A stretch of 64,000 bases of DNA from the human T2T-CHM13v2.0 reference genome, Homo sapiens. A program made the translations under genes and the position numbers. The notes below the pieces were generated by a model. The model did no database searches. It had not been told where the DNA came from and worked only from the letters and a program-made list of their open reading frames with translations. Shown one piece after another: positions 12,704-25,513 of this stretch. Position 1 is the first letter of the stretch, and each line of letters opens with the position of its first letter. The DNA lies in the NCBI RefSeq assembly GCF_009914755.1, contig NC_060934.1; one strand, given 5' to 3'.

Positions 12704-13000
12704 GGCCAGGCGCGGTGGCTCACGCCCGTAATCCCAGCACTTTGGGAGGCCAAGACGGGCGGATCACGAGGTCAGGAGATCAAGACCATCCTGGCTAACA
12801 CGGTGAAACCCCATCTTTACTAAAAAATACAAAAAATTAGCCGGGCGTGGTGGTGGGTGCCTGTAGTCCCAGCTGCTCAGGAGACCGAGGCAGGAGAATG
12901 GCATGAACCCAGGAGGCGGAGCTTGCAGTGAGTGGAGATCTCGCCACTGCACTCCAGCCTGGGCAACAGAGCGAGACTCCATCTCAAAAAAAAAAAAAAA
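12704..13000 (+). mobile_element. AluY with target-site duplication, inserted into an old L1M 3' fragment (~12590-13390)
   Basis: Y-type diagnostics (gatcacgaggtcaggagatc, ctggctaacacggtg, ggagcttgcagtgag). TSD AAATTTATGCTTCA at 12690-12703 and 12998-13011. Confidence 0.95.
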
Positions 13001-13444
13001 TTTATGCTTCAGATTTACTTGTGTATTCAAAATGACTTATCTGCAAGGATGGTCATTGTAGCATTGCCTGTTATGTCAAAACATTTGAAAGCAACCTGAA
13101 TCAAAAAAGGACTGACTGGTCAAATAAACTGTAGCATATCCATTCAAGGGAATAGTCTGCAACTATTAATAAGAATTAGACAGCTCTATGATAAATGATT
13201 TGGAAAATTATCTAAGATGAATTGTTAAGAGAAAAGTCTAGATGCAGAGCAGTAAGCATATAAATGTTCTTTGTGTAAAAAAGAATATGTATAAACATGC
13301 TAATGTATTCATACAATCTCTTTGGAAGAATATCCAATAAAGTGGTAATGGTGGTTGCCCCTGGGGAAGACTACTAGAGAACCTGGGAATGCCACACAGT
13401 TACTCAAGTCCCAAAGTAGACATTTATCATTTATCCTCAATTCA

Positions 13445-13570
13445 TCCTCCGTCTCCTCCCCTCCCCTCCCCTCCTTTCCTCTCCCCTCCCCCTCCCTCCC
13501 TCTTTCCTTCCTTCCTTCCTTTCTTCCTTCTTTCCCTTTCCTTTTCTTTTCTTTTTCTTCTTTTTGCTTT
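13445..13570. repeat. Polypyrimidine low-complexity tract (CCCCT/CCTT/CTTTT)
   Basis: Directly visible. Confidence 0.9.
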
Positions 13571-13574
13571 CCAG

Positions 13575-14283
13575 TTAGTCCAGTAGCAGCTCCTGTCAAT
13601 TCTCCATCTTCTTGTTTAGATACACCCACTTCCTTCCCTCTGCATTCTGCCATCCATCCCAGACCACTGAAATAGCAACACAACGGGGCACCCTCCTTTC
13701 AGTCTTGACCCTTTCTAATGCCATCTCCACCCAGCAGTCAGTGTCATCTTTTAGAAACAAACTCTCCCATGGCTTTCTGTTGCAACCACAATAAAACCCA
13801 AGGGCCATGCTAAGGTACCTAAGACCACCTATGATGTTGGTACTCCTAATTTCCAACTTCATCTTAGCCGTACTGACCACTTTCTGTTCCCCAAATCAGC
13901 CCTTCCTGCCTCTAGGCCCTTAACTGGATGTCCCCGTTCCTTGAAATGTTCTTCTCCAAGCTTTTCCAGAACTTACAAGTTTCCAACCTTCAAGTTTCAG
14001 GGTCTATGTCCTCACCAAGAATAATGTCCAAGAACAGAATGGTGTTCTCGCCAAGTTTCTCCCTGCCTTTGTCATGATCACTCTGGTTTTTCTCTCTTAG
14101 CATGTATCACAGGTTGTAATAGTTGGTTGGTTAAAATCCCGCTACTGGATTTTAAGCCCTGTGAGGCTAGGATTCTTGTATATCTTGTCCACCTTATCCC
14201 CAAAGCCTGGCTCAGTGCCTGCCATGGAGCAGAGGCTGAATCCGTAACTGCTGAATAGATGACCACCTGGATGAATGAATAAA
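13575..14283 (+). mobile_element. L2 fragment
   Basis: L2-like body ending ggatgaatgaat; boundaries approximate. Confidence 0.65.
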
Positions 14284-14919
14284 ATTGGAAATGAGTCCAC
14301 TTTGGACTCTGGCCTGGAAGGTGGCTGGAGGGCCAGCTCCTCTGACAAGGTAGATTCAGAATAGACCAAGAAAGCCAGCTACCTTCACCAACCTTGTTTA
14401 CAGAAACAGAGGCTCTCGGCTGGTCCTAGCTTACGAAAAACAGCTCAGCCCTGACTTGCCCTGGATCATAGTGGTTAATACTTATCTTGGAACAAAATGC
14501 TCAGTGAACCTTTGCTTTCTGCCCTTGGCTCTGGCTTTCACGGATCCCATTTGGTGCAGGAGTTGGAAAACTGGTCTTCAGGGCACCACTGTGGCCTTGT
14601 CATTGCTCCCAAAGGTGAGCAGGGAGCTTTGCTTCAGTCCCAGGCTGTGTCACTTAGTAGGTGGCTGATCTTTAGTGAGAGTCTTATCTCCTGGAACCTC
14701 TTTTATTTTTTTTTCTCCCAAACATATCTATTCTGCTTTTGTATAACTGGAATTAGCACAAAATTACCATGAGAAAATGCTGGCCTCGGCCTTATTCTTG
14801 GTCCCTTTAGGCTCTCATGTTCTAGAATTTATTGATTCACTCACTTGTTCCTTTAGGGTTTACTATGTAAGGACCCACTTGATCCTTACCACATGCAGAA
14901 CTCTGGGTCATACCAAGAT

Positions 14920-15290
14920 ATTGTCATGGGTCAGGTTCTGCACGGAGAAAGTTGATTGGGAATGAGGATTGCAGGGCTGGACCAGCGGAGAAGTGCAACC
15001 ACAATGTAGTCTCAGCAAAGACTTCAGCTGATTCCAGAGCAGCTCTAGGTTTGGGATGGTTGTTTAGAGTTTTCTTGAATTGAGCCAGAGGGGCTAAGCC
15101 TTCCTACTCCACATTGTCCAGTTGTTGGGTACAGACTGCCCCTGGGAAGAGGATGTGACCTTGGACCAGGGGCTGTATTCAGCTAAGGCAATTCTGGAGA
15201 ACTGCCAGCATTTCCAGCAACAGGGGAAATGCTCACCTCGGTCCAAGAGGAAGGATCTGGGCAGAGCACCGTGCATCTTCTGCACATGTT
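14920..15290. mobile_element. Old ERVL-type LTR fragment (LTR16-like)
   Basis: gggtcaggttc...ggaagaggatgtgaccttgg...aggcaattc resembles the LTR16 family; weak assignment. Confidence 0.4.
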
Positions 15291-15785
15291 TCCTTGGCCT
15301 TGCAGAGATGGCAGTACCTGTCTTGCACTTGTGGTTCTAGGCACATTTGAATTCTAGTCCTGGCTCAACCATGTACTGGCTGGTCCCTGGACAAGCTCCC
15401 TCTCCTCTGTAACTGAGCGATGTCTTGTACCTGGTGAACTTTCCTCACAGTTAACTGTGGGATGCTTTGCATGGTTGTAGAGGGCCTTAAAGTGAGAGAA
15501 AGGACTTTGATGTGCTGAATATAGCAGTAAACACTCACCCACACATCTTGGTGGGAGCAGAGGTAGGCTTGAGTAGATCAGACACCAGCCCAGGTGGGGT
15601 GTGGTAGTGCCACATAGGCTGTGAAGAGCAGTACAGTCCTGGGACAGCGGGACTGCCATTCATACAAGGCACTGCTCTCACCTCCAATTGCCCCATGGAT
15701 GGCTGGTCACTACCCTCCTGTTTCCCCCAAGAATCATGGGCATGCTTCCTGTGCACCACCTGACTCTGCCACTCTCTCCTTCCAG

Positions 15786-15934
15786 GTGACGCAGAAGTTC
15801 TCCCTGGTGATTGTGCAGGGCCACCTGGTGTCAGAAGGGGTCCTGCTTTTTGGCCACCAACACTTCTACATCTGCGAGAACTTCACACTGTCTCCCACGG
15901 GTGATGTCTACTGTACCCGTCACTGCTTATCCAA
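15786..15934 (+). CDS. WDFY4: WDFY4 internal coding exon (149 nt; VTQKFSLVIVQGHLVSEGVLLFGHQHFYICENF...HCLS), start of the BEACH-type PH domain
   Basis: Acceptor ctctctccttccAG and donor AA|GTGAGT at 15935. G-x-LLFG...FY pattern typical of the PH domain of BEACH proteins. Phase 0 in, phase 2 out. Confidence 0.95.
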
Positions 15935-16802
15935 GTGAGTTATCCACTTCTCCCAGCAGATTCTTCCCTGAGCCCCATTCATCCTTACCAGCCGCCCCCA
16001 CTATTCCCCTTCTCACCTTGTTCTTACAGTGGGCTTAGATTTGGGCCTGAAACTGAGCCATGAGATAAAACAGAAGGACCTGCAGGCATAGGCCATCCAT
16101 GGCCATGGTTCCCCTAAGCAGTGATCAGGACTGGGTACTAATGTGGCAGCTCCTCACATCTCCCCTAATGTGGAATGTCAGGACTCAGGGATCAGTCCTT
16201 CAATTATTCGCATGGCTGAATTCAGTCGCCGTCAACTTACTCACTCAACGACATGTTAGTTGCTCATTCTGCGTGAGAAAACAGGCACCGCCCCTCTCTT
16301 CCGAGGGACTTAATGCAATCGGCAGCATGCACAGGTTCTTTCAGAAACTGTTGGCCACACACTATGGTCGTGGGACAAAATCTTCAGGGTTCAGGCTTGG
16401 AGGGATGGCCTGGGACTGGAGTGGTGGGGAAGAGCTACCTGAGGAAGGGATCAAGATCTGGGTTTTGCAGAATGGGTGAGACTTGGGAAGAAACTTGAAG
16501 TCATTTTTACACAAGCAAATACAAGAAACCTTTGGCAGGAAATGCCAAGTTCTTTAGGATCAAGTGCAGTTGGTCTATTTGGGTACAGTCAGCCCTTATT
16601 GTGCAATTCTCCTGTGTTTATGAAGTAAGACCATTCAAAATCAAATTGACTGAGCTTTTGCCAAAAGTCCAGTTGTCAAGTGTATGTTTTCACTTGATCA
16701 TTGTCTTTGAAGATATTTGGATGAAGATTTCTTCGTGCAGAGATAGGCCTTGCCTTTTCCAGTTGACCCAGGTTCAGATAATGACAAGATGACTTCTTAG
16801 CC

Positions 16803-16984
16803 CAGTCGCTCTCAAACTAGCTGACACCAGCATAGCCTGGAGGGCTTGTTAGCACACAGATGCCTGGGTCCTGCCCCACCCTAGTTTCTAATTCAGTAGG
16901 TCTGGGGCAGGGCCTGAGGTTTAGTAAGTTCCCAGCTGATGCTGATTCTATTGCTGGTCTGGGACCACACTTTGAGAGCTACTG
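16803..16984. mobile_element. MER5A
   Basis: Imperfect terminal inverted repeats cagtcgctctcaaa...tttgagagctactg; internal ttcagtaggtctgggg. Confidence 0.85.
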
Positions 16985-18139
16985 TTTTAGGCTGCTGACT
17001 GAGGAGTCCAAGTCTTATCTGCCAATAACCAAGAACTTTAACTTCCAGTTGTCCTATCACTTCCAACCTATGTAAGGAAGAAAGAGTTGAAGGAGTGCGG
17101 AAGAGTAGATGTCAGCCCACCTTGGTTGATTTAGATCAAAATGCTTTAAAATGCTTGGCATTTTTCTCTCTGCTAATTTCCATATTTTATTCATACCAAA
17201 TGTTCACCGATTGCTGTGAGTCTTCTGTGCTTCTCCAAGGCAGGAGAAGCATAATTAATACTTGGCTCCTCATCCCATCTTATTGCTCATGTTTTATTGA
17301 TACTGATCAATATGGACAATGGGCCTGCAGCCGTGCCTCTCTGAGAGCGGATGAAAGCTTTCTACTCTATCCATATGCACGGTGTGCCCCTGTGATGACT
17401 CACATAATCCACTGCTGTGCTCTTCACCTCTGGTTTAGATAGTGTTAGATAAGATCTTATTGATTAGGTAAATTGTGTTTATGAGGTGTACCTAATCATG
17501 ATCAAATTCACTATATCTGCACTTTTAATAGAAGCCCAGTGGTCAGATTTTATGTACTCACTTGATTTGCAATGACAGACAAGGGAGACTTCTCATGTCT
17601 GAAAATGTACTTCTCTAGAATGCAAGCAGGAGTAGAGTGAGAACAAATTACTACCCTGGAATTGCACTGGGGAAGTGCCCAGATAGTTTTAGTCACCATA
17701 CCTCAAAGAAGCATTTGTTAATCAGTGCTTTCTCTCCAGGGTCTCATCTGGTGCCCTAAGAAACTACTAGCATTCCTGGAGATGCAGTTCTGAGACAGAC
17801 TATTAGATCATTCCAGATCAATGGGGATTAAGTCTTATTTTGACCATGGAGATTAAAGAAGATACATAAATAAACTTGTTAAAAATAAAGCTAAGTCAAA
17901 CCTGAAATGTTTCTGTAAAAGACTGCTATGGAATTGAGTCAGTTGCACATTAGACCTTGAAAGAGCCTGTCCGATGTACCATAAAAACATCCAAAATCAG
18001 ACTCAAGAACATTACAGACTCCTTGACAGTGACTGGAATTTGCACTTTGCCCTTTGGAAATTTCCTCAGAAACTAACAGCCTTCTGAGAAGGTTAGCTTT
18101 TGCTTGTAGTAAGTCCCTTTCTTAGCTGATTAGGGTGGC

Positions 18140-18614
18140 TGTATTCATTTGCTAGGGCAGTCAAAAACTGGGTGGCAAAAAACAAACAAATGCACACACA
18201 CAAAAAAACAGAAATGTGTTGTTTCATAGTCCTAGAGGCTGGCAGCATGAAACCAAGGCAAGGCCATGCTTCCTCTGACTGCTCTAGGGAAGCCTCCTTC
18301 CTTGCTTCTTTAAGCTTCTTGTGTTTGCAGACAATCCTTTGCATCCCTTGGCTTTGAGATGCATTGATTCAGGCACCTGGTCATCTTGTCCCTGTATCTT
18401 CACATCATCTTCCCTCTGTGTGTCTATCTCCGTGTCCAAATTTTCCCTTTTTATAAGGACACCAGTCAGGTTGGATTTGGACCCATCCCAATGGCTTCAT
18501 TTTAACTTGATTACCTCTGTAAATATCCTGTTTTCAAATACAATCACAGTGTGAGGTACTGAGGGTTAGGATTTCAACATATCTCTTTTGGGGGACACGG
18601 TTCTACCCATGACA
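18140..18614 (-). mobile_element. MLT1 (MLT1C/B-like) solo LTR
   Basis: tgtattcatttgctagggc...gtgaggtactgagggttaggatttcaacatatc...ggggacac...catgaca. Confidence 0.8.
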
Positions 18615-19589
18615 AGGGCATTCAAGCTCACAAGGCAGAGAATTTGATTAACTTAGTGGGAACCTAAGTCATCCAACAGGCTCTTTGTGATAGAGTATTT
18701 TAAATCAGATAATTCTTCCCCATCAGTGAGCAGTTTTAATGCATCATTTCTGTTTTATTCAGTTCAACAAATATTTATTGAAAATCTGTCTTATGCTCAG
18801 CACTATGGTGGACTCCATAGATGGAAAGAGTGAATTAGATGTGGACTAAATCGGGTAGAGAGTTTACAATCTAGTGAATGTTTCTGGGTATAAATTCCAG
18901 GTATAATTCTGGCAACAGTCAGGTAACTTCAAATGTGGGCCAAATCGAAGTATGTTTTATCCTGAAATCCACTTCTACTATCAAAGAACAGGTCAACCAA
19001 TATCATAACTATCATTTATCTCACTGTGATTTATCTAGTCAGAATATTGACAGTTATCCTAAGCACATGGACAGTTTTTGCAGATCCTGCTGGCTGTTAT
19101 GCTGACGAACTGTGAATGGCAGCCTCTGAACTATGGTAGTGGCTCTACCCAAAGAATATGGATCAGCTGCCCCTTCTACCCAGTACCCTTGACTGCCTGA
19201 AATTCGATTCATTTTGTAGAACATGTAGGGTGTAGTATTGTCGAAGACTCCCAATCACAGCTGTGTGAATGTTACATATGATAGACCTCAATTTGGAAGT
19301 CAATCAGGGGAATCAATAATGTACATAATTTAGCTTTTCTGAGACTTTGGGTCTTTCTGAGGATCCATCCTCTATATGGCTATTCAGTTTCTACAAGCAG
19401 GAGGAAAATGACTATCTTTTCTCCTAAAAGCTCGTTACCATTTTCCAGAGCATTCTTCCATATGTCATCTGTGTTTCAGAGTCCTGAGTTGCAGAAACAG
19501 TCAGCACAGAGCAAACTGAAAGCAGTGAGCCAGTGGTAGAGCTCTGTAAAAGCTAGGGAGCATTTCTGCCTCCAGGGAGAAAAGGCACT

Positions 19590-19795
19590 ATTGAAAGAGC
19601 ATGGGTGTTAGAGTTGGAGGACCTGGGTTTGAAACCAAGTTTCACCTCTTGAGGACCACATGACCTTGGAAAAGTCTCACCTCTCTGGAATGCAGTTTCC
19701 TCATTTATGATATGGGAATAAAAATAAGTCATGGTCAGTATAAGGTTTCCTTATGAGGATCCAATTAAATAATGAATAGGGAAATGCTTGGCAGG
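19590..19795 (+). mobile_element. MIR
   Basis: gacctgggtttgaaacc...tgaccttggaaaagt...cagtttcctcatttat. Confidence 0.7.
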
Positions 19796-19875
19796 CCAGA
19801 GAGCATGACAGTCACTTAGCAAACATGTCCTGAGCTCAGGGGAAGATACAGAGGACGGAGAGCCATGGGCAAAGA

Positions 19876-20122
19876 CCTGCGCCTTGTAGGGTCTGCAGGG
19901 GAGAGAGAACAGCCAGATCTGCAGCTAAGGTATGGAGAATATTTTCTGTGGTTCCCACAAGCATGGGATGATGGGAGCACAGAGGAGTGGCCATGTCATC
20001 CCCACCAGTACCTTGACCTGGGATGCTGCTAGACCTAAGCCAAAGGTAGGAAGGAGAATTGTCTCTGTGGCCTTACTGGGAGTCAGAGATGTGTAGGAGC
20101 AGCTCAGCTGAGATCCAGATAG
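19876..20122 (+). repeat. Local direct repeat, copy 1 (~245 bp)
   Basis: Aligns by eye with 21374-21620, for example the identical run atgtcatccccaccagtaccttgacctgggatg. Confidence 0.9.
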
Positions 20123-21373
20123 AGACATTAATAATGGACAAAGGACCTCAGCCAGCAGCCGGTTTGTATTAAAGCATCCTGGCAGAAGCATTCAGAACCA
20201 AAGCGGTGTTTTGTGTTTGATCCATCCTACCACAATGCGGCTTAGAGGAGAGGGCCTGGGAGGGTTGTTCTGAGAAGGGTCTGCAGAGAGCCTGAGTCTG
20301 CAACCTCAAAGCCCAGCTGTTCAGGGGCCTAAGCAAGGGGCTCAGGCTGTGTCTCACTTGGGCAGGCTTCCCTGCTGCCCAGCACAAGTTGAAGCTCTTA
20401 GTACTGCACATGCTGGACTGCCACTGACCATAGACTAGAGAATTCCCTCTGGGTCTGTGACTGCTTGGCCTCTCTCAACTTCCCCAAGAAGTGGGGCATG
20501 GAGGCTCCATGGGCTACATTGTAGGCTGGGCCTTGGGGACCACACTGGGAGCTGGAATGGGAGAAGCTGAAACAATTTCCTCACCCACTCCCTGTCACCT
20601 TAGGCTGGGGCTGGCAGGACCACCTTGGGGCAGGGGCCTTTGTAGCCCTTGGCTCTCTGGGCCTGTGGTTGGCACACAGGCTTCTTGAGGGCTGGCGTGC
20701 TTGGGAGGCCTTCGTTTCTTAGTCCTGGCATCTTATCAGAATGGCTGTGGTTGTATACACAATTTAAGATGACTACATGCCCCAGATGTTCAGAAATGTA
20801 ACTGTCTATAACAGAAATCAACTTTATTTCTGAAGCTCCCATGTGTCCAGATGATGAAAAGCTTCATATGATTAGCTCAAGGCATTTCAGTTATTTCCAG
20901 TGTACAAATTGTTCTCTTTGGGAATAAATATTTGGACAAATTTATTATCCTCCCTTTCCCCTCCTCTCTTCTGCTTCTCTGGGAGGAGGGGTCACTCTGA
21001 GATCTTTCTGGAAAAGCTTCCTGCACACCCCTCATAACTCTCCAAGGGGCCTCATCTCGGGACTGCCTGATGCCTGCTGGAGGCATGCCTCTGTTCCTCC
21101 AGGTGCCCAGGAGGTGGGTCCCTCATCACACGTGGGTCCCTTCTCTGCCTTTTCAGTGAGTTCCTTATCACCTCTCCAAGATTGCTTCTCACTGCTCCAG
21201 GCCTGGCCTGGGAATTTTAAGATGCACTCCCTACATTTTCTCTGTCCAGCCTGGGTCTTGCAAACTGAATGAGCTCTGGCTTTCAGGAAGTTATTTCTGC
21301 TGTGTGACTGAGCAATCGCTTCAGAATTCAGTACACCTCTTTGTCCTGGGCTGGGTATACCCAGCAGCTCAGG

Positions 21374-21620
21374 CCTGTGCCTTTGTATGGTCTGCAGGGG
21401 AGACAGACCAGTCAGACATGCCGCCAAGGGGCAAAGGATATTTGCTGTGGTTCCTGTTAGCATGGATGCTGGGAGCACAGATGAGTGGCTATGTCATCCC
21501 CACCAGTACCTTGACCTGGGATGTGGTTTGACCTAAGCCAAGGGTAGGAAGGAGAATTACCACTATGGCCCCACTGGGAGTCAGAGATGTTTAGGGGCAG
21601 CTCAGCTGAGAGCCAGATAG
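21374..21620 (+). repeat. Local direct repeat, copy 2
   Basis: Shares ggtaggaaggagaatt, ctgggagtcagagatgt and gcagctcagctgaga with copy 1. Confidence 0.9.
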
Positions 21621-22660
21621 CTCTCAGGGCTGCCGAAGATGTCAGGGAGACAGGCCAAGGGTCCTGAAGAGCTCCCTGGTTTGACACGAGACATCACTCT
21701 ACAGTCTCAGTGAGAGCCTCACTCACCTCTGAAGAGACCTCATCCTGAAGGTTGCCAGGGCCCAGGCCAGGCTGGGAAGCCTCTCAGGATGCAGGCGCTG
21801 TGCAGATGAGCTCTAGGTGCTGTCCTCATGCCTTGCCAGCGGCCTCTTTGCCTTCCTCTGCTCCACTCCCTCCTCTTCCCTGTGGTGCCTGACCCCTCCT
21901 AACTCTGGTTTGCATTCAGTCTCACAGTCACCTGACTTCCCTCAAACCTCCCTGCCAAGTGCTCTGTACTCCCCAATCCTGCCATGAAGGGTCTGAGTCC
22001 TGTCAGTCCCTGTGGCAGCCACAGGCCACACCTGACTCAGTTACCTTGTCCAGCCCCTCAGCCCTGCCAGGGAAAGAGGTCATTCAATACAAAACGAGAA
22101 CACCTGGGCAGAGGGACTAAGGTGTGTGGCACGGCAGGTATCCTGGGGCTGAGACTGTCACGCCTGGGCAGAGGTAGCTGGCACAGCGCCAGGCTGGGCA
22201 TGGGGGAGCCAGGGAAGAGAGGCCACAGGAACCCACGAGGGCTCCTGGGCATGGTTTACAGTCACGCACAGGACCCATGAAGCCCTCCCTGCTGGCCCCC
22301 ACTCTCACCCAGGGGCCTTCTCACCCCGACCCTCATACCCTTTGTCAGCATCATCCTGGAAACTGCGCCGTCATATTGCTGTCCCCTGGCCTGGTGAGGC
22401 TGGCACCCCACCCTGTTCCTCCAGGGCAGGGCAGCTTTCACGTGTCAGCGGCCAGTGCTAGAGCTGACATGGGCAAGCACTCAGCAAGGATTTCTCAGAT
22501 GAGTAGGGCTAGCACACTGGTTGGCAGTGACCACCGCACTTCTCTGATGTGTCATTGGAAATGTGGGTGGAGCTGGTGGAGGGCAGGAAGAAGAAGAAGC
22601 CTGCACGTGTCCTCACTCTGATGTCTGAACATGTGCCCTGCATGCCTGTTTCCTTTTCAG

Positions 22661-22781
22661 CATCAGCGATCCGTTCATTTTCAACCTGTGCAGCAAAGAC
22701 AGGTCCACTGACCATTACTCGTGCCAGTGCCACAGCTACGCTGACATGCGGGAGCTACGGCAGGCTCGCTTCCTCCTGCAG
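22661..22781 (+). CDS. WDFY4: WDFY4 internal coding exon (121 nt; (N)ISDPFIFNLCSKDRSTDHYSCQCHSYADMRELRQARFLLQ)
   Basis: Acceptor tttccttttcAG and donor CAG|GTAAGC at 22782. RFLLQ corresponds to the R-Y/F-LL motif of BEACH-associated PH domains. Phase 2 in, phase 0 out. This frame is only partly captured by the ORF track. Confidence 0.95.
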
Positions 22782-25427
22782 GTAAGCACACTGGGTGCTG
22801 GCACGCCTGGGGCCTGCGAGAGGCAGGGCCATGGGACAGGTGGTCCAGGAGCCATCCAGAGACACACCTCTGTGACTCTTCTTTGTGCCTATGCACAGCC
22901 CAGTGCCCTTAAGGAGACACCCGCAAGTTCCCTGGGCTTGTGGTGGCCCTGGTCCCAGGTGGGAGTTCTGACTTCTGCTCCACTCTGCAGTCCTTGCCGT
23001 TGGCTGTTGGGCCTTTTGCTGTGTCTTTTAGGATTTAGCTGCTTCGCTGTTTTGCTCTTGACACAGCCCAGAGCTGCCTTGGAGATTTAGGAATACAGGG
23101 CAGGACAGATACATTACCTCCCAGTAGAGCTGATAACTGGGAGTAGAGTGCCTTCTGCCCTGTCCTGCCCACAGGGGTAAGACCTCCCTTGCTGACATAC
23201 TCTCCCCCTTTCTCCCCAAGGTGCTCGCCTATTGCCAAGCTCCTGCTTGGCCCTGTTTCTGGGGCCAAGTGGTTTAGGGATCTCCCAGCTGCCCCCTCCA
23301 ACCAGGATCTTTCAGTGCCTCACCCATGCCTTCAAGGGCTTAGCCAGGCATGCAACAGTGATGGTGGCTCCTTTCAGAGGAAAAGCTCAGCCATAAGCTG
23401 GTCATAACCTCCCACTTCTCATCCCACTTCACAGATAGATCACACTTTCTAGAAACATCACCTGAGCAGCAAAGGGAGTAGGGTAAACTTCAGGGGCCCC
23501 CAGTGACATCAAACACATGTTGCCTTCATTACCCCAAGCTCAGCAATAGCAAAGCTGCATCCCCAGTCCCTGGGCCTCCAGGGCAGCTGGCAGAAAAGGG
23601 GATCCTAGGGACCACGTAACAGGAGGGTCAGGATCTCTTCCCACCCTCTCTACAGGATCACTTAGTTCCAAAGGCCAGCAAGAGAGCAGTGCTTGGCCTA
23701 GATGAACTAGACATTTTTCATTTGTAAATCTATTTTCTGTACGTAGGTCATTGATTCATCCAGTGACCCCTCCTGCAAGAGGGCTCACTATCATTCTCTG
23801 AAACTGAAGCTCAGGGTGGCCTTTAAGGTGGGGGAATTCCTGAAAGGCCCCAGCTGCCCTCCTGTCAAGGGTTTGCCAGCAGCTCCACTCTAGCCCTCTA
23901 ATGAGCACTCTTCCTCCCTCTGCTGCTTTTGCCTGCAACACAGTTAGTTCTCATTTTGCCTGAGCTTCCTGAGGGCCTTTGCAGGGTGAAGGAGCAGGAA
24001 GAGCAGAGTGGAAGTAGCAGCCCTGCCCTGATGGTTCTGGGCAGTGCTGCTGGGTCTGGGCCAATCTCCACCTCAGCTCTGCCACATTAGCTCCTGTGGG
24101 CACCTCTCTGGTTTCCTTGCCCTTCAGTGAGCGGGAGGCCGTGTCCTGCCTTTCCACTATTATACATACAGCACTGAGTACAATTTTAGGCACAAAATAG
24201 GTACTCAAAATTATTTTTTATGATTATATGTCTACCTCACATGTTATATAGAGTAGCAGATAGGTATCAGTCAGTGGGGTTTTTTCCCCAAGTACATGGT
24301 GATTGTTTCCAGAGGGTTGGTTCACCTGAAGTGGTGGAAGCCAAAGGGAGAGCTTTTTGAGCAAGGCCACCATTTGTCCATCCCTGGATTCTCCCAGGAG
24401 AAAGGCAGAGCTTGGCACTCAAGGTATCCAGGGCAAGCTGTACCCTCCACAAATTCTGCATTCACTTCCTGTTTTGCACATTATTTATATTTCTATTTGT
24501 AGAAAAAAATCCAAGAGTCTCCTGTTCACTAGCAGAGGAGAGAAGGTATGCAACATCCTTGCAGATACCTTCTCTCTGCTCAGGAGAGTTAATGAACTGG
24601 ACTTTGAGAACTCACTTCCAGCCAGGTAGATGCAGGACAGGACTCTGCTATTGGGTGCAGTACCCACCTCTGAGTCTGAATCTTACCCCACCCCATCCCT
24701 CCCTCCATGTACAGGTCTCTTCTCTCCCTAACTCTCCCTTCAGCCCTGGGAATTCTCTCTCCTTGGCCTCATCTCATCCCTGAGGCTTATCTTATAGGTA
24801 ACTCACTCTATCTCTTATTCCAAGTTTATTATTTACATAGCTTGGAATAGAAGGGAGTTAGAGAGGAAACAAGGGTGGGAGAAAAAAAAAGAAAAGATAG
24901 TTATGTGAATTTAATTTAGGCATTAAGGAAGTACCCCTGACAAAAACTTTACTATGCCAGTGGGGCCACATCAAAATGGCCTCGGCAGGGGACCCTGTGC
25001 TGCTTAAGTCTGTAGATCAACCCATGATGCTGCCCAGCTGCACGCACTGAACTAGATTCCCTAGTTCAGTTTCTGGTAAGTTGACCCCCTGGCTCACCCA
25101 TGCCATAACTCAGAAGTGAAAAAGTCTGAGGATGGCATGGGTGCTTTCTCTCGTGTCTGCTTCACGCTTGCCCTGGGAGTGGACCTTTCGCTTCCTGCTT
25201 CAACAGAACTCCAAGCTGTGGTCAGGCCCCCTGCCCTCCCACACATTCTGCAGAAGCACCCCATCCCTGTCACCAAGGTCTTCCTACCATGGGAACTCAA
25301 AAGGACCACCCAGGAAGGGTCTTCTGACACGGAGACCCGCAATGACCCATTTCCAGCAGCTGTGTCACCCTGGGGCGTCTCTAGTCCACAAAATATCAGG
25401 AGCATTAAAAGGGGCTTCTCTTCACAG

Positions 25428-25513
25428 GACATCGCCCTGGAGATCTTCTTCCACAATGGATATTCCAAGTTTCTTGTCTTCTACAACAATGATCGGAGTA
25501 AGGCCTTTAAAAG
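25428..25513 (+). CDS. WDFY4: WDFY4 internal coding exon (86 nt; DIALEIFFHNGYSKFLVFYNNDRSKAFK + AG)
   Basis: Acceptor ttctcttcacAG and donor AAG|GTAAGA at 25514. ALEIF motif of the BEACH-type PH domain. Phase 0 in, phase 2 out. Confidence 0.95.

Noticed and set aside
13309-13683. Lys/Glu/Gly-rich and Pro/Ser-rich ORFs
   Set aside because: Translations of the polypyrimidine tract.
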